From NCBI GenBank assembly GCA_965153285.1, contig OZ229112.1: a stretch of 64,000 bases of DNA; one strand, given 5' to 3'. This stretch comes from Podarcis tiliguerta. Its lineage: Eukaryota. The translations under genes were made by a program, and so were the position numbers. Below the pieces are notes generated by a model that saw nothing but the letters and a program-made list of their open reading frames with translations, ran no database searches and had not been told where the DNA came from. This document shows, piece after piece, positions 63,726-64,000 of this stretch; within the stretch, counting starts at the first letter, position 1, and each line of letters opens with the position of its first letter.

Positions 63726-64000
63726 CTGATGACTGTTGTGTCCTTATAAGCCATCTAATGATGATTCAAGCATGGGGCTGGATTCAGTTAACCCATTTTG
63801 CTAATGGAAGTCAGCACAAGAACTTCTACTAGCTCAATAGAGATTCACCCCTCTTCTCCCCCTTCACCTCTGGAGGGTCAGGGGAACCCCCAGAACAGCA
63901 TGGAGAGGGAGGAAAAGGGAGATAGTTGCATCTGACAAGCAGAAATGCCTTTGCTGATGGAATATTGGCATAGTGTGATGTTGAATTCCACCCATTGAGT

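Overview
Vertebrate genomic DNA, almost certainly a squamate. The Sauria SINE and Squam3-type SINE point to a lacertid lizard. The whole window lies inside the + strand of the dystonin gene (DST/BPAG1, spectraplakin). I traced 32 GT-AG internal exons (383-63042; 7965 nt, 2655 codons, all phases compatible) encoding part of the spectrin-repeat rod. They match human DST as I recall it; neither end of the gene is in the window. The main unexplained feature is in the largest intron (29549-45070): an intact 433-codon non-spectrin ORF (ATG 39737 to donor after 41035, MGKPLSRPDCLRQNP...). It resembles KIAA0754, the ORF nested in the paralogue MACF1, and can splice in frame to the next DST exon. This predicts an internal-promoter 'headless' dystonin with no actin-binding or plakin domain and a new, possibly lipidated, degron-bearing N-terminus. 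The same intron holds a candidate 57/63-nt micro or poison exon. Other introns carry TA-flanked MITEs (one inverted pair brackets a 975-nt in-frame exon block, a circRNA candidate), a CpG-rich Tc2/pogo-like element with a 119-bp minisatellite, SINEs, CR1/L2 fragments and microsatellites. All homologies are from memory; no search was run. Exon labels A1-A32 are local to this window.
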